From an uncultured Verrucomicrobiae bacterium (GTDB lineage: Bacteria; Verrucomicrobiota; Verrucomicrobiia; Chthoniobacterales; UBA10450): DNA of 64,000 nt. The translations under genes and the position numbers were made by a program. The stretch is from the NCBI GenBank assembly GCA_963834385.1, contig CAWIBO010000002.1, positions 64,001 to 128,000 on the forward strand. The letters are read 5' to 3'. A model generated the notes under the pieces. It ran no database searches. It saw only the letters and a program-made list of their open reading frames with translations, and was not told the DNA's origin. Shown piece after piece: positions 31,041 to 40,581 of the stretch (position 1 is the first letter of the stretch; each line of letters begins with the position of its first letter).

Positions 31041-32560
31041 TGGCGGCCGGTGCTCTTTTCAGGTCGCGGGGCGAAGGCCAAACCGCGGGCAAGGGTAAAG
31101 CCAAGGCGGCGCAGCCGCGCCGGACCTCCCGGCCAGACCAGCCAGCCCCCGAGGTAGACGGCGAGGAAAATAAGCGCCGCCCGGAGAAGGAGGAGAGGAT
31201 TTGGCAGGGCCGTGCCGGCGGCGCGTTCGAACAACCAGAGAGCCAGGAACGCCGCAATCGCAAAAAGCACAGGGCGCTGCATCGCTTTTAAAAAGGAGAA
31301 AAGAGGGAAGGCCGAGGAGCGCAGCGCATAGATAATTGAACAGGGAGCGAGCAGCCACGAGACCAGCGCCAGACCGGTGGCGACCCCGATTGGACCCGCC
31401 ACGACCGCGCCGCCCGTCAGGGCCAGAAGCATTATGATCGATTGGGCCGTGTTCCAGCGCCGTTGCCGATCGGCCCGGCCTTCCGCCAGGAGGAACCATG
31501 AGCCGAGTCGGCCGACGGACTGCGCCAGGGCGGCGATTGTCAGGAGACGCGCGAACGGGATGACCGGTTCCCACCGGGGCCCGAGGATCAGCAGGATCAG
31601 GGGCTCCATTACGGCAATGGCGAAAAGGAGGCTGGGCAAAATCAGAGCCAGGACAAGTTCCACCGCCCGTCCGGCGGCGAGCCGGTGCCGGTCCGGTTCG
31701 CCGTGCGTCCGGCTGAGGCCGGCCACCGCCACATCGAGCAAGGGGGCGTAAAGGTTTTCCAGGATGAGGAAGGCGAAACGCCGGGCATTTTCGTAAAAGC
31801 CGAGGACGACAGGTCCGGCCAGCCATCCCACAAGGAGACGGTCCACCGATGAGGAAGTGGCGAGCATGACGCGCCCCACGGTGAACTCCCGGGCATAACG
31901 GCGGAGCCGTGAGGGAATCCCGGGGTCCGCTCCCGGATCAAGAGTGACCGGGCGCCAGCCGGATATCGTCCACAGCAGGACGCCGCGGCTGAGCAACATC
32001 ACGCCGGTCTGGGCCGCCAGCGCCCAGTAGCCGGCGCCGGCAAAGGCGAGGAGAATGGCTGCGGTCGAGCCCCCGGCAGCGGCCGCGAGGTTGATGGAGG
32101 AGACGGCGCGAAAACGAAGGTCGCGTTTCATGACCGCCTCCGGGATGGTCGCGGTGCTCAGGACAAAGAAGGCACCGGTCAGGCCCAGGCCGACGGGAAT
32201 GACGCGCGCCTCCCCAAAAAACCAGGCAAGCCCGAACGCGCCCGGAATCAACCCGAGCACAAGCAGCAGATTCAGGAGAAAGGCCCGGCGGAAAAGACGT
32301 GTCCCCACGCTGGCGTCAAGGGCCGGGTCCTGCATGGCGGCGAAGTCGAGTCCGAACCCGCGCAAGGCCATCCCGAGCGCCACCAGGGGAATGGCCATGG
32401 CCACGAGGCCGAAGTCGGCCGGCGTAAGCAGGCGCGCCAGCACCACCACGGTCAACGCCGAGACGAGGGCCGTGGCGGCCTGACTGGAAACCACGGCGAC
32501 ACCGGAGCCAAAGGCCCGGCGTTCCAGGGAGAACCGCGAATGCTCAGGAGGGTGGGGCAT
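31037..32560 (-). CDS. polysaccharide flippase (Wzx/WzxC-like, MOP superfamily)
   Basis: VLARLLTPADFGLVAM, GAGYWAL, LGFYE, ILGPRWEP; many TM segments. Confidence 0.88.
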   Translation of the reverse strand: MPHPPEHSRFSLERRAFGSGVAVVSSQAATALVSALTVVVLARLLTPADFGLVAMAIPLVALGMALRGFGLDFAAMQDPALDASVGTRLFRRAFLLNLLLVLGLIPGAFGLAWFFGEARVIPVGLGLTGAFFVLSTATIPEAVMKRDLRFRAVSSINLAAAAGGSTAAILLAFAGAGYWALAAQTGVMLLSRGVLLWTISGWRPVTLDPGADPGIPSRLRRYAREFTVGRVMLATSSSVDRLLVGWLAGPVVLGFYENARRFAFLILENLYAPLLDVAVAGLSRTHGEPDRHRLAAGRAVELVLALILPSLLFAIAVMEPLILLILGPRWEPVIPFARLLTIAALAQSVGRLGSWFLLAEGRADRQRRWNTAQSIIMLLALTGGAVVAGPIGVATGLALVSWLLAPCSIIYALRSSAFPLFSFLKAMQRPVLFAIAAFLALWLFERAAGTALPNPLLLLRAALIFLAVYLGGWLVWPGGPARLRRLGFTLARGLAFAPRPEKSTGRQ

Positions 32561-32714
32561 GGGGAGGAATACGCCCGCCCATGCTTGGGCGGAAGACCGC
32601 GCCCGGCAAACAGGAATTCAAAGATGTTCGCCGTCCGCACCGGCGGACTGGTTTCCGGGGTCGTTTTTTTCCTTTTGCATTCGCGCGCGTATTCCCGCAA
32701 GACTTCCCGCACGG

Positions 32715-33746
32715 ATGAAAATCGCCCTTGATGCGATGGGAGGAGATTTCGGCCCGCCCAATCTGGTGGCGGGGGCCGTCATGGCGCTGCAAACCCATCC
32801 CCAGATTAGCCGGCTCTTCCTCGTCGGGGACACCCCGAGCATCGAGGCGGAGCTGAAGAAGCACGGTTGCAACGACCGCCGGATCGAGATCACCCACAGC
32901 ACCCAGGTGGTGGAAATGTCCGACCGGGCCGTCGAATCCGTCCGCCGCAAGAAGGACTCTTCCGTCAGCCGGGCCGTTGACCTGGTCAAGAAAGGGGAGG
33001 CCGACGCGATTGTCAGCGCGGGGCACACCGGGGCGGCCGTGGCTGCGACCACGATCAAGCTGCGCACCCTCCCGGGGATCGAACGTCCCGGCATCGCCTC
33101 GCTCATCCCGACGGAGCATAACGTTTTTGTCTTGATCGATGCCGGGGCCAACGTCGATGCGCGCCCGATTCATCTCCTGCAGTACGCCATCATGGGCTCG
33201 GTCTATTCCAAGCACGTGCTCGGTTACGCCAACCCGGCCATCGGGTTGATGTCGATCGGCGATGAGGACGTGAAAGGAACAGACTTCACCAAGGAGGTCT
33301 TCAAGATGCTCAAGCAGAGCAATCTCAATTTCCGCGGCAACATCGAGGGGCACGACCTTTTCGAGGACCCGGTCGAGGTGGTCCTCTGCGACGGTTTTGT
33401 CGGGAACGTGGTCCTGAAAACCTGCGAGTCGATCGCGCACGCCATCTTTCGCTGGCTCAAGCATGAGCTGAAGAAGAACCCGATGCGGCTGACCGGGGCG
33501 ATGATGGCCAAGGGGGCGTTCATGGCCATCCACAAGAAAACGAATTACGAGGAGTACGGCGGCAGCCCTTTGCTGGGGGTGAATGGCATTTGCATCATCG
33601 CGCACGGCTCCAGTACGCCGCTCGCGATCAAGAACGCCCTGCGCGTGGCGGCGGAGTCGATTGAACACCAGGTGAACCCGCATATCGTCGAGGAAGTCAC
33701 GCGCTATCATGAAAAGACAGCCCCGCTCGAGCCCGCGCTCGGTTAA
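32715..33746 (+). CDS. plsX: phosphate acyltransferase
   Basis: MKIALDAMGGDFGP, VSAGHTGA, DAGAN, CDGFVGN, GGSPLLGV, IAHGSS. Confidence 0.97.
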   Translation: MKIALDAMGGDFGPPNLVAGAVMALQTHPQISRLFLVGDTPSIEAELKKHGCNDRRIEITHSTQVVEMSDRAVESVRRKKDSSVSRAVDLVKKGEADAIVSAGHTGAAVAATTIKLRTLPGIERPGIASLIPTEHNVFVLIDAGANVDARPIHLLQYAIMGSVYSKHVLGYANPAIGLMSIGDEDVKGTDFTKEVFKMLKQSNLNFRGNIEGHDLFEDPVEVVLCDGFVGNVVLKTCESIAHAIFRWLKHELKKNPMRLTGAMMAKGAFMAIHKKTNYEEYGGSPLLGVNGICIIAHGSSTPLAIKNALRVAAESIEHQVNPHIVEEVTRYHEKTAPLEPALG

Positions 33747-34734
33747 GCCTCGCCGGACCGTCTCCATCGTTGGCACCGGCAGTTATGTGCCGGCCAGAAT
33801 CCTCTCGAACGAGGAGCTCTCCAAAATCGTCGAGACAACGGACGAATGGATCACCACTCGCACCGGGATCCGGGAACGCCGCATCGCCGCCGCCGGCGAG
33901 CACACCAGCGACATGGGAGCGAAGGCCGCCCAGGCCGCCATGGAACAGGCCGGTATCGACGCCGGGGAAATCGATCTCATCCTCGTGGCGACGGCCACGC
34001 CCGACATGGTTTTCCCCGCCACGGCCTGTTTCGTGCAAAAGAAGATCGGCGCCGTCAACGCCGCCTGCCTCGATGTTTCCGCCGCCTGTGCCGGTTTTCT
34101 ATTCGCGCTCGAGATCGCGCAGCAGTTCATCACCTCCCACACCTACGAGACCGTCCTCGTCATCGGCGCGGAGAAACTCAGCTCGATCACGAACTGGACC
34201 GATCGCAATACCTGCGTCCTCTTCGGGGACGGCGCCGGTGCCGCCCTTCTCAAACACCGCGGCCCCGGGACGCACGGCGTCATCAGCACCTACATCGGGA
34301 GCGACGGCCAGTATTCCGACATCCTCTTCATGCCGGGCGGCGGCTCGAGCTGCCCGATCACGCGGGAGAACGTCGACATGAACCTGCAAACGATCCACAT
34401 GAGCGGGAAGGACGTCTACAAGCAGGCGGTCACAGCGATGCTGAGCGCGTCCAAGAAGGCGCTCGACGATGCCGGCCTGACCATCGACGACATTGCCTGC
34501 ATTATCCCGCACCAGGCCAACCTGCGAATCATCGACGCCATCGCCGAGCGCCTCGGCATCGCGCGCGAGAAGGTGTTCGTGAACCTCGACCGTTACGGCA
34601 ACACCTCGGCGGCGGCGGTGGCGATTGCGCTGGACGAAGCCCACCGCGCGGGCCGGTTCAAGCCGGGCGACTACATCCTCATGGTGGTCTTCGGCGGCGG
34701 CCTCACCTGGGCCAGCACGGTGATTGAGTGGTAG
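33709..34734 (+). CDS. fabH: beta-ketoacyl-ACP synthase III
   Basis: WITTRTGIRERR, DVSAACAGF, FGDGAGA, PHQANLRI, YGNTSAA, FGGGLTW. Confidence 0.97.
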   Translation: MKRQPRSSPRSVKPRRTVSIVGTGSYVPARILSNEELSKIVETTDEWITTRTGIRERRIAAAGEHTSDMGAKAAQAAMEQAGIDAGEIDLILVATATPDMVFPATACFVQKKIGAVNAACLDVSAACAGFLFALEIAQQFITSHTYETVLVIGAEKLSSITNWTDRNTCVLFGDGAGAALLKHRGPGTHGVISTYIGSDGQYSDILFMPGGGSSCPITRENVDMNLQTIHMSGKDVYKQAVTAMLSASKKALDDAGLTIDDIACIIPHQANLRIIDAIAERLGIAREKVFVNLDRYGNTSAAAVAIALDEAHRAGRFKPGDYILMVVFGGGLTWASTVIEW

Positions 34735-34843
34735 GGCCAACCCCCCGCGGGAGCGGAAAAATTCCTGACCCGCATTTTCCTCGTCTGCCGCGATAACAGG
34801 GTGGGAGGGCGATCCGTCCCACCCAGGCAACGGAGGAAACTGC

Positions 34844-35389
34844 ATGAATCCACTGAGACAGAATTCGTGGTCCCCCTACGTCGTTGGGGTTGCCATTGGC
34901 GTGCTGAGCTGGCTGGTCTTCCTCACCGCGGACCACCCTCTCGGGGTCTCAACCTCCTACGAGAACACGGCTGCCCTTTTGGATCAGGCGGTCGACCCCG
35001 CCGCGACTGCGAGCAATCCATACTTCCAGAAGAGACAGAGCGAAGGAAAGCCGCCCAGGATTGATTGGGAATGGATGCTGGTTGTCGGAATTTTCCTCGG
35101 CGCTTACGTCAGCGCCCGGCTCGGAAACGACCGGACGGAACAAAGTGTGCCGCCCCTTTGGCGCTGGCGTTTCGGTCCCGGCGTGGCCATGCGCTTCGCC
35201 GGGGCCTTCGCCGGCGGGGCCCTCATGATGTTTGGCGCGCGGCTGGCCCAGGGTTGCACCAGCGGACATGGGATCAGCGGGGCGCTTCAGCTGGCGCTCT
35301 CGAGCTGGATCTTCGTCGTTTTTCTCTTTCTCGGGGGGATATTCGGCGCCTTTGCGCTCTACGGGAAGGAGGGCCGGCATCATGTTTGA
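34844..35389 (+). CDS. YeeE/YedE sulfur-compound transporter, subunit A
   Basis: WSPY, GARLAQGCTSGHGISG. Confidence 0.9.
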   Translation: MNPLRQNSWSPYVVGVAIGVLSWLVFLTADHPLGVSTSYENTAALLDQAVDPAATASNPYFQKRQSEGKPPRIDWEWMLVVGIFLGAYVSARLGNDRTEQSVPPLWRWRFGPGVAMRFAGAFAGGALMMFGARLAQGCTSGHGISGALQLALSSWIFVVFLFLGGIFGAFALYGKEGRHHV

Positions 35390-35933
35390 TTCCCCGCAAA
35401 AACTTCTCCTCGGTCTGCTCTCCGGGGTTCTCTTCGGCATTTTGCTGCAAAAGGGCCGGGTCGCAAAATTTCGGGTGATCATTGGCCAGTTTCTGCTCAA
35501 AGACTGGACCGTCGCCAAAGTGATGCTGACGGCGGTGGCGGTCGGCGCCGCGGGAGTCTGGGCCATGTTCGCGCTTGGGTGGGTCACGCTCCACCTGAAA
35601 CCAGCTGCCTTCGGCGGTGTCGTTATCGGCGGCCTGCTTTTCGGCACCGGCATGGCTCTCTACGGCTACTGCCCGGGCACCGGGGTGGCTGCCTGCGGCG
35701 AAGGTCGGCGTGATGCCATGGTGGGGGTTGCCGGCATGCTCGTGGGTGCGCTCGTTTATGTCCTCGCCTATCCGGCTCTTCAGGGGCTGATCACCGGCTT
35801 TGGAGATTGGGGCAAGGTGACCGTTGCCGAGGTGACCGGGCTTTCCCCCTGGCTTTTCGTCAGTCTCATCGGCCTTGTCGCCGTCCTTGTCCGTCTTTTT
35901 TCCGGAAGGGGACCGACGTCCTCCCCTTCTTGA
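35382..35933 (+). CDS. YeeE/YedE sulfur-compound transporter, subunit B
   Basis: FGILLQKG, GGLLFGTGMALYGYCPGT; ATG at 35382. Confidence 0.9.
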   Translation: MFDSPQKLLLGLLSGVLFGILLQKGRVAKFRVIIGQFLLKDWTVAKVMLTAVAVGAAGVWAMFALGWVTLHLKPAAFGGVVIGGLLFGTGMALYGYCPGTGVAACGEGRRDAMVGVAGMLVGALVYVLAYPALQGLITGFGDWGKVTVAEVTGLSPWLFVSLIGLVAVLVRLFSGRGPTSSPS

Positions 35934-35946
35934 CGATTCTGAGGTT

Positions 35947-36321
35947 TTAGGGCGCGGCTTCCCGTCGGCGTGCGCGCTCGGGCCGCCGGAAATGGGATGA
36001 GCGCTCCGCCAGGTCCTTCGTCAGGCGGGAGCACATCAGGTCGCAGAGTTCGAGGATCTTTGGGTCAGATATGAAGTAAAACGCCTGCACCCCATGTTTG
36101 CGGCGCGCGATCATGCCGGCCTCCATCAGGATCCCGAGATGCTTGGAAACGTTGCCCTGGCTCAGTCCGGTCAGGCCGACGAGGGCGGAGACATTCTTCT
36201 CTCCCTGCTCAAGGGCGGCCAGGAGCGAGAGTCGGGCGGGCTGACTGAGGATCTGGAAGCGGCGAGCGACCAGCTGAAGGGCGCGCGGGGAAAGAGGGAG
36301 TTTTTTCTTTTTTGGCGGCAT
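35947..36321 (-). CDS. ArsR/SmtB family regulator (BigR/SqrR-like context)
   Basis: RFQILSQPARL, GEKNVSAL, SQGNVSKHL, C-terminal LCDLMC. Confidence 0.9.
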   Translation of the reverse strand: MPPKKKKLPLSPRALQLVARRFQILSQPARLSLLAALEQGEKNVSALVGLTGLSQGNVSKHLGILMEAGMIARRKHGVQAFYFISDPKILELCDLMCSRLTKDLAERSSHFRRPERARRREAAP

Positions 36322-36363
36322 GACAAATGGAATGACTGTATTATACTACTATATCGTGATATA
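36320..36363 (+). promoter_or_regulatory. putative promoter plus ArsR operator palindrome
   Basis: ATGACA-N16-TATACT (36320-36347) followed by TATATC-GT-GATATA (36350-36363) in an AT-rich divergent intergenic region. Confidence 0.55.
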
Positions 36364-36403
36364 TGGGAAAGCCGTTTCGGTGGACCCCATCTTTTTTTAT
36401 CCC

Positions 36404-36697
36404 ATGAAATTTGTAAATCCTTTCACTCTTTCTCCCCTCTTTTCCGCTCTTTTAATCGGCGCTCTTCTCGGAAGCGCTCTCGGCTATTTCGGCCAGTGCA
36501 CCTCCGGCACCTGCCCGCTCACCTCCACCTGGTGGCGCGGCGCCCTTTACGGCGCCTTTCTCGGTCTCCTCTTTGGACTTAGCTCCCTGCGGGCACGTCC
36601 GGCACCTGAGGGCCAGGGCAATCCAGCAGGGAGGACGGCAGCGCCCGCTCCCGAACATGTTTTTCACACCCGCAAACCCTCGCCCCCCGGCGATTGA
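36404..36697 (+). CDS. small membrane protein with CxSGxCP motif (DUF6132-like)
   Basis: GYFGQCTSGTCPLTS..GALYG between two hydrophobic segments. Confidence 0.7.
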   Translation: MKFVNPFTLSPLFSALLIGALLGSALGYFGQCTSGTCPLTSTWWRGALYGAFLGLLFGLSSLRARPAPEGQGNPAGRTAAPAPEHVFHTRKPSPPGD

Positions 36698-36761
36698 AAA
36701 AGGGGAGCCGGGGAGCCCCGACTGCTGTCGTCTCCCTCCGCAAACGAAAGGAACTGATTAT

Positions 36762-38162
36762 ATGTCACTCATTTTTGAACGTATCCAGACCGACGGCATC
36801 GCCGAACTTTCCTATCTCGTCGGCGACGATAGCGAAGGCGTCGCGGCCGTTTTTGATCCCACCCCGGACGTCGACAAATACCTCGAGCTGGCGCGGGAGA
36901 ACAATCTCTCCATCACGCATGTCTTCGAGACGCATATCCACGCCGATCTCATGAGCGGCGCCCGCGAACTCTGCGCCCGGGTCGACTCCGCAAAGATTTA
37001 CGCCAGCCACGACGGGGGCGCGCGTTACGGGTTCGACACCGAGAAAGTAAAGGACGGCGATACCTTCACCCTCGGCAGCACCGTCATCACCGCCCGGCAC
37101 ACTCCGGGACATACGCCGGAGCACATGAGTTATGAACTGGCGGAGAAGGACCGCCCGAAGAAGCCCTGGGGCGTCCTGACCGGTGATTCCCTTTTCGTCA
37201 GTTCCGCCGGCCGGCCCGACCTGCTCGGGTCGAGCGAGACGGAGAAACTCGCCAAACAACAGTTCCATACCCTGCGCGATTATTTCATGAAGCTCTCGGA
37301 CAGCGTCATGATTCATCCCGCCCACGGGGCTGGTTCTCCTTGCGGCGCCGATATCGGCGACCGTCTCCAGAGCACGATCGGTTACGAGCGGGAAACAAAT
37401 CCCTTCCTGCAGTTTGATGACGTCAAGGAGTTCACCGACTACGCCCTGAGCACCGCCCCGCCGGTCCCGACCTATTATCCGCGGATGAAGAAGATCAACG
37501 CGAAGGGGCCGGAGATCATCGGCAACCTCCCGCGCGTGCCCGGTCTGCCGGCGAAGGCCTTCAAGGAGGCTGTCGGTCAGAAAGGCAACGTCCTCATCGA
37601 TACCCGGCACATGCTGGCGTTTGGCGGCGGCCACATCAAAGGCGCGCTGAACATCGGCGGCTCGCCCATGCTCTCCATCTGGGCGGGTTGGTTTCTCGAT
37701 CCGGACGACGGAATCCTGCTCGTTCTGGAGAAGGACAGCGGGCTCGAGACTATCGTGAAATATTTCATTCGGACCGGTTACACGAAGTTCGCCGGCTATT
37801 TGGTGGGCGGAATGAAATCCTGGGACAACGCCGGGTTCGACATCGAATCCGTTCCGCAGATGAGCGTGCACGAACTCAACTCGGCCGACGGCGAGATGCA
37901 GATCTTCGATGTCCGGACACCCGATGAGTGGAAAGAGGGGCACATTCCCGGGGCGCACCATCTGTTTCTTCCTGAGCTGCGGGAGAAGGCGGCGAAATTC
38001 GACAAGGCGAAGCCGACCGCGGTTTACTGCGCCAGCGGTTATCGCGCCAGTCTCGCCTCCAGCATGCTGAAGCAGGATGGGTTCGCGGAGGTGCGCAACA
38101 TTCCCGGGAGCTGGCAGGCTTGGAAGAAGGCCGGCTTCGAGGTGGAAGGGAAGATCAGCTGA
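36762..38162 (+). CDS. persulfide dioxygenase-rhodanese fusion (CstB-like MBL + pseudo-rhodanese + rhodanese)
   Basis: ETHIHADLMSG, TPGHTPEH, TGDSLFV..AGRPDL, PAHGAGSPCG, C-terminal YCASGYRA; AAAGGA RBS before ATG 36762. Confidence 0.9.
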   Translation: MSLIFERIQTDGIAELSYLVGDDSEGVAAVFDPTPDVDKYLELARENNLSITHVFETHIHADLMSGARELCARVDSAKIYASHDGGARYGFDTEKVKDGDTFTLGSTVITARHTPGHTPEHMSYELAEKDRPKKPWGVLTGDSLFVSSAGRPDLLGSSETEKLAKQQFHTLRDYFMKLSDSVMIHPAHGAGSPCGADIGDRLQSTIGYERETNPFLQFDDVKEFTDYALSTAPPVPTYYPRMKKINAKGPEIIGNLPRVPGLPAKAFKEAVGQKGNVLIDTRHMLAFGGGHIKGALNIGGSPMLSIWAGWFLDPDDGILLVLEKDSGLETIVKYFIRTGYTKFAGYLVGGMKSWDNAGFDIESVPQMSVHELNSADGEMQIFDVRTPDEWKEGHIPGAHHLFLPELREKAAKFDKAKPTAVYCASGYRASLASSMLKQDGFAEVRNIPGSWQAWKKAGFEVEGKIS

Positions 38163-38755
38163 TGAAACGCGTCTTCTTTTTCTTTCTGCTCCTGCTGCCG
38201 GTGGCGGCGCAGGCGCAGGGCGGCGAGCCGAGGGTCAATGCGCTGGAGTTCCCGGGCCCGGCCTGGTCTCCCTATCTGGTGGGGGCCGGGATTGGTGTCC
38301 TGAGCTGGTTCACCTTTTATTTTGCAAACAAACCGATCGGCGCTTCCTCCTTTTACGCCACAGTGGCGGGCGCCCTGGGCCGGCTTTTTGCCCCGCGACA
38401 CACCGATTCGCTCGATTATTACAAGGAGAACCCGCCGAAATTGGGGTGGGAAACCGTTCTGGTTCTCGCCACCATCCTGGGAGCTTTCCTTGCCGCGTCG
38501 ACCGGCGGCGAATTTCATAACCGCTGGCTGCCGCCCTTCTGGACAGCCCGGTTTGGCGAGGATTCCATGCTCCTGCGCGCGTTGGTCGGGTTTGGCGGCG
38601 GTCTCCTGATGGCTTTTGGCGCCCGCTTCGCCGGCGGTTGCACCAGCGGTCATGGAATCAGCGGGACCCTGCAGCTTAACGTCGCTTCCTGGATTGCCGT
38701 CATCTGCTTTTTCGTGGGCGGCATCCTCGTGGCTTATCCCCTCTACCTCCTATGA
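38162..38755 (+). CDS. second YeeE/YedE subunit A with signal-peptide-like N-terminus
   Basis: WSPYLVG, GARFAGGCTSGHGISG. Confidence 0.9.
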   Translation: MKRVFFFFLLLLPVAAQAQGGEPRVNALEFPGPAWSPYLVGAGIGVLSWFTFYFANKPIGASSFYATVAGALGRLFAPRHTDSLDYYKENPPKLGWETVLVLATILGAFLAASTGGEFHNRWLPPFWTARFGEDSMLLRALVGFGGGLLMAFGARFAGGCTSGHGISGTLQLNVASWIAVICFFVGGILVAYPLYLL

Positions 38756-39342
38756 CTGACCCAGGCGCAGCCGTAAAAAAAGGGAGCGACAAGCCGGAAG
38801 CCCCGGTCGCGGCGCCCGGGAAGCTTCTGCTGGCGTTGGTCAGCGGTTTGGTCTTCGGGTTTCTCCTGCAAAAAGGAGGCGCGGCAAAATTCAACATTCT
38901 GGTCGGCCAGCTGCTCCTGCAGGACTGGACGGTGGCGAAGATTATGCTCTCCGCCATTGTCGTCGGGATGCTTGGCATCTACCCGATGCACCGGGCGGCC
39001 AAGGTGAATTTGCACCTGAAACCCACCCAGCTTTTCCCGAACATCGTGGGCGGCCTGGTCTTCGGGGCGGGTTTTGCCTTGATCGGTTATTGTCCTGGGA
39101 CGGCCGCGGCCGCGCTGGGACAGGGTAATTGGGATGTGCTCTTCGGGATGGCCGGTCTGGTGGTTGGGTCCTACTTCTACGCGGAGATGTCAGGCTGGTT
39201 GAAGACGAGCAAGACCTGGGGCGACTTTGGAAAGATCACCCTCGCTGACGTGATCAAGGTTCCGCGGTTGCCCTTTGCGCTTGTTTTTGCGCTCCTCCTC
39301 GCCGCCGGACTTTTCGCCCTCGAGAAGTTGACCGTCCGTTAG
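38752..39342 (+). CDS. second YeeE/YedE subunit B
   Basis: FGFLLQKG, GGLVFGAGFALIGYCPGT. Confidence 0.9.
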   Translation: MTDPGAAVKKGSDKPEAPVAAPGKLLLALVSGLVFGFLLQKGGAAKFNILVGQLLLQDWTVAKIMLSAIVVGMLGIYPMHRAAKVNLHLKPTQLFPNIVGGLVFGAGFALIGYCPGTAAAALGQGNWDVLFGMAGLVVGSYFYAEMSGWLKTSKTWGDFGKITLADVIKVPRLPFALVFALLLAAGLFALEKLTVR

Positions 39343-39349
39343 CGCCGCG

Positions 39350-40105
39350 ATGGCCCTTGCGCTGGCATTGGCGGTCTTGATTGGGCTCTCGCTCGCCTTA
39401 CTTGGTGGCGGCGGGTCGATCATTACCGTGCCCGTTCTGGTTTACGCCGCCGGTTACTCGCCGCGGGAGGCCGTCCCCATGTCGCTCGCCATCGTCGGTG
39501 GAGTGAGCCTGCTGGGGACAATTCAGAAGGCAAGGCGTGGCCTGGTGCACTGGAAAGCCGCTGGAGCCTTTGGGGGCGCGGGCATTCCAGGCGCGCTTCT
39601 TGGCGCGCAGGCGACCGCCTTGGTTTCAGCACGCGCGCTTCTCCTAATCTTCGGTTTTCTCATGCTCGGTGTGGCCCTGCACATGTGGCGCCGACCCCAG
39701 GAACTGACGAGGCGCGATGTCGAATGCCGGATTACGCGTTGCCTGGCGGCCGGTTTCGGGGTCGGCGCCCTGACTGGTTTTCTCGGTGTCGGTGGCGGCT
39801 TCCTGCTCGTGCCTGCGCTGGCTTATTTCGCCCTGCTCCCCACGCCGATGGCGGTGGGAACTTCGCTCGCGATCATTGCGCTTAACGCCCTGGGGGGACT
39901 CGTCGGCCACTGGAACGTCACGGACGGCCAATGGGGCGGCCTTGGCTGGTTCCTCCTTGCGGCCGTCGCGGGCATGCTGGCGGGGCTGCCGCTTACGGCG
40001 CACGTCTCCGCGCGGCAATTAAATCGCGCCTTTGCTCTTTTCGTTGTGCTGGTCGCGTTCTTCGTCATCGGGCACACGTTCCTGCGCCCGGCAGCCGGTA
40101 TCTAA
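39350..40105 (+). CDS. TauE/SafE family sulfite exporter
   Basis: LLGGGGSIITVP and repeated FLGVGGGFLLVPAL, AVGTSL. Confidence 0.92.
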   Translation: MALALALAVLIGLSLALLGGGGSIITVPVLVYAAGYSPREAVPMSLAIVGGVSLLGTIQKARRGLVHWKAAGAFGGAGIPGALLGAQATALVSARALLLIFGFLMLGVALHMWRRPQELTRRDVECRITRCLAAGFGVGALTGFLGVGGGFLLVPALAYFALLPTPMAVGTSLAIIALNALGGLVGHWNVTDGQWGGLGWFLLAAVAGMLAGLPLTAHVSARQLNRAFALFVVLVAFFVIGHTFLRPAAGI

Positions 40106-40124
40106 ACAACCACAAAGGAATCCC

Positions 40125-40568
40125 ATGAATGATCTGATGAAACTAAGTGACCGAATCACCATCGGCGGACAACCGGCCTCGACCGAAATCGAGGAACTGA
40201 AGCGCGAGGGTTTCCGCACGATTGTCAATCTGCGCGCCCCCGGGGAGGACGATCAGCCGATGAGCCCGGAGGAGGAAAGGAAGGCGGTTGAGGCGGCCGG
40301 AATGAACTATCTCCATTTCCCGGTCTCAGGCGCGACCATGGGCCCGGAAACGGTGGACGAGTTTCGGGAGAAACTCCCGGGCCTCGAAGGTCCGGTCCTG
40401 GTGCATTGCCATGCCGGGATGCGCGCGGGCGCCTTGAGCATGATGGCCGCAGCGGTCGAGCAGGGTTGGAGTGGCGAGGAGACGTTGCAAAAGGCCGAGG
40501 CCATGGGCTTCCGCTGCGAGGCGCCGCAGCTCCGGCAATTCGTCCGAAACTACGTCGACAATCATTGA
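40125..40568 (+). CDS. DUF442/Blh-type phosphatase-fold sulfurtransferase
   Basis: IGGQP, GFRTIVNLR, GPVLVHCHAGMRA. Confidence 0.82.
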   Translation: MNDLMKLSDRITIGGQPASTEIEELKREGFRTIVNLRAPGEDDQPMSPEEERKAVEAAGMNYLHFPVSGATMGPETVDEFREKLPGLEGPVLVHCHAGMRAGALSMMAAAVEQGWSGEETLQKAEAMGFRCEAPQLRQFVRNYVDNH

Positions 40569-40581
40569 GCAAAAACGCCCC

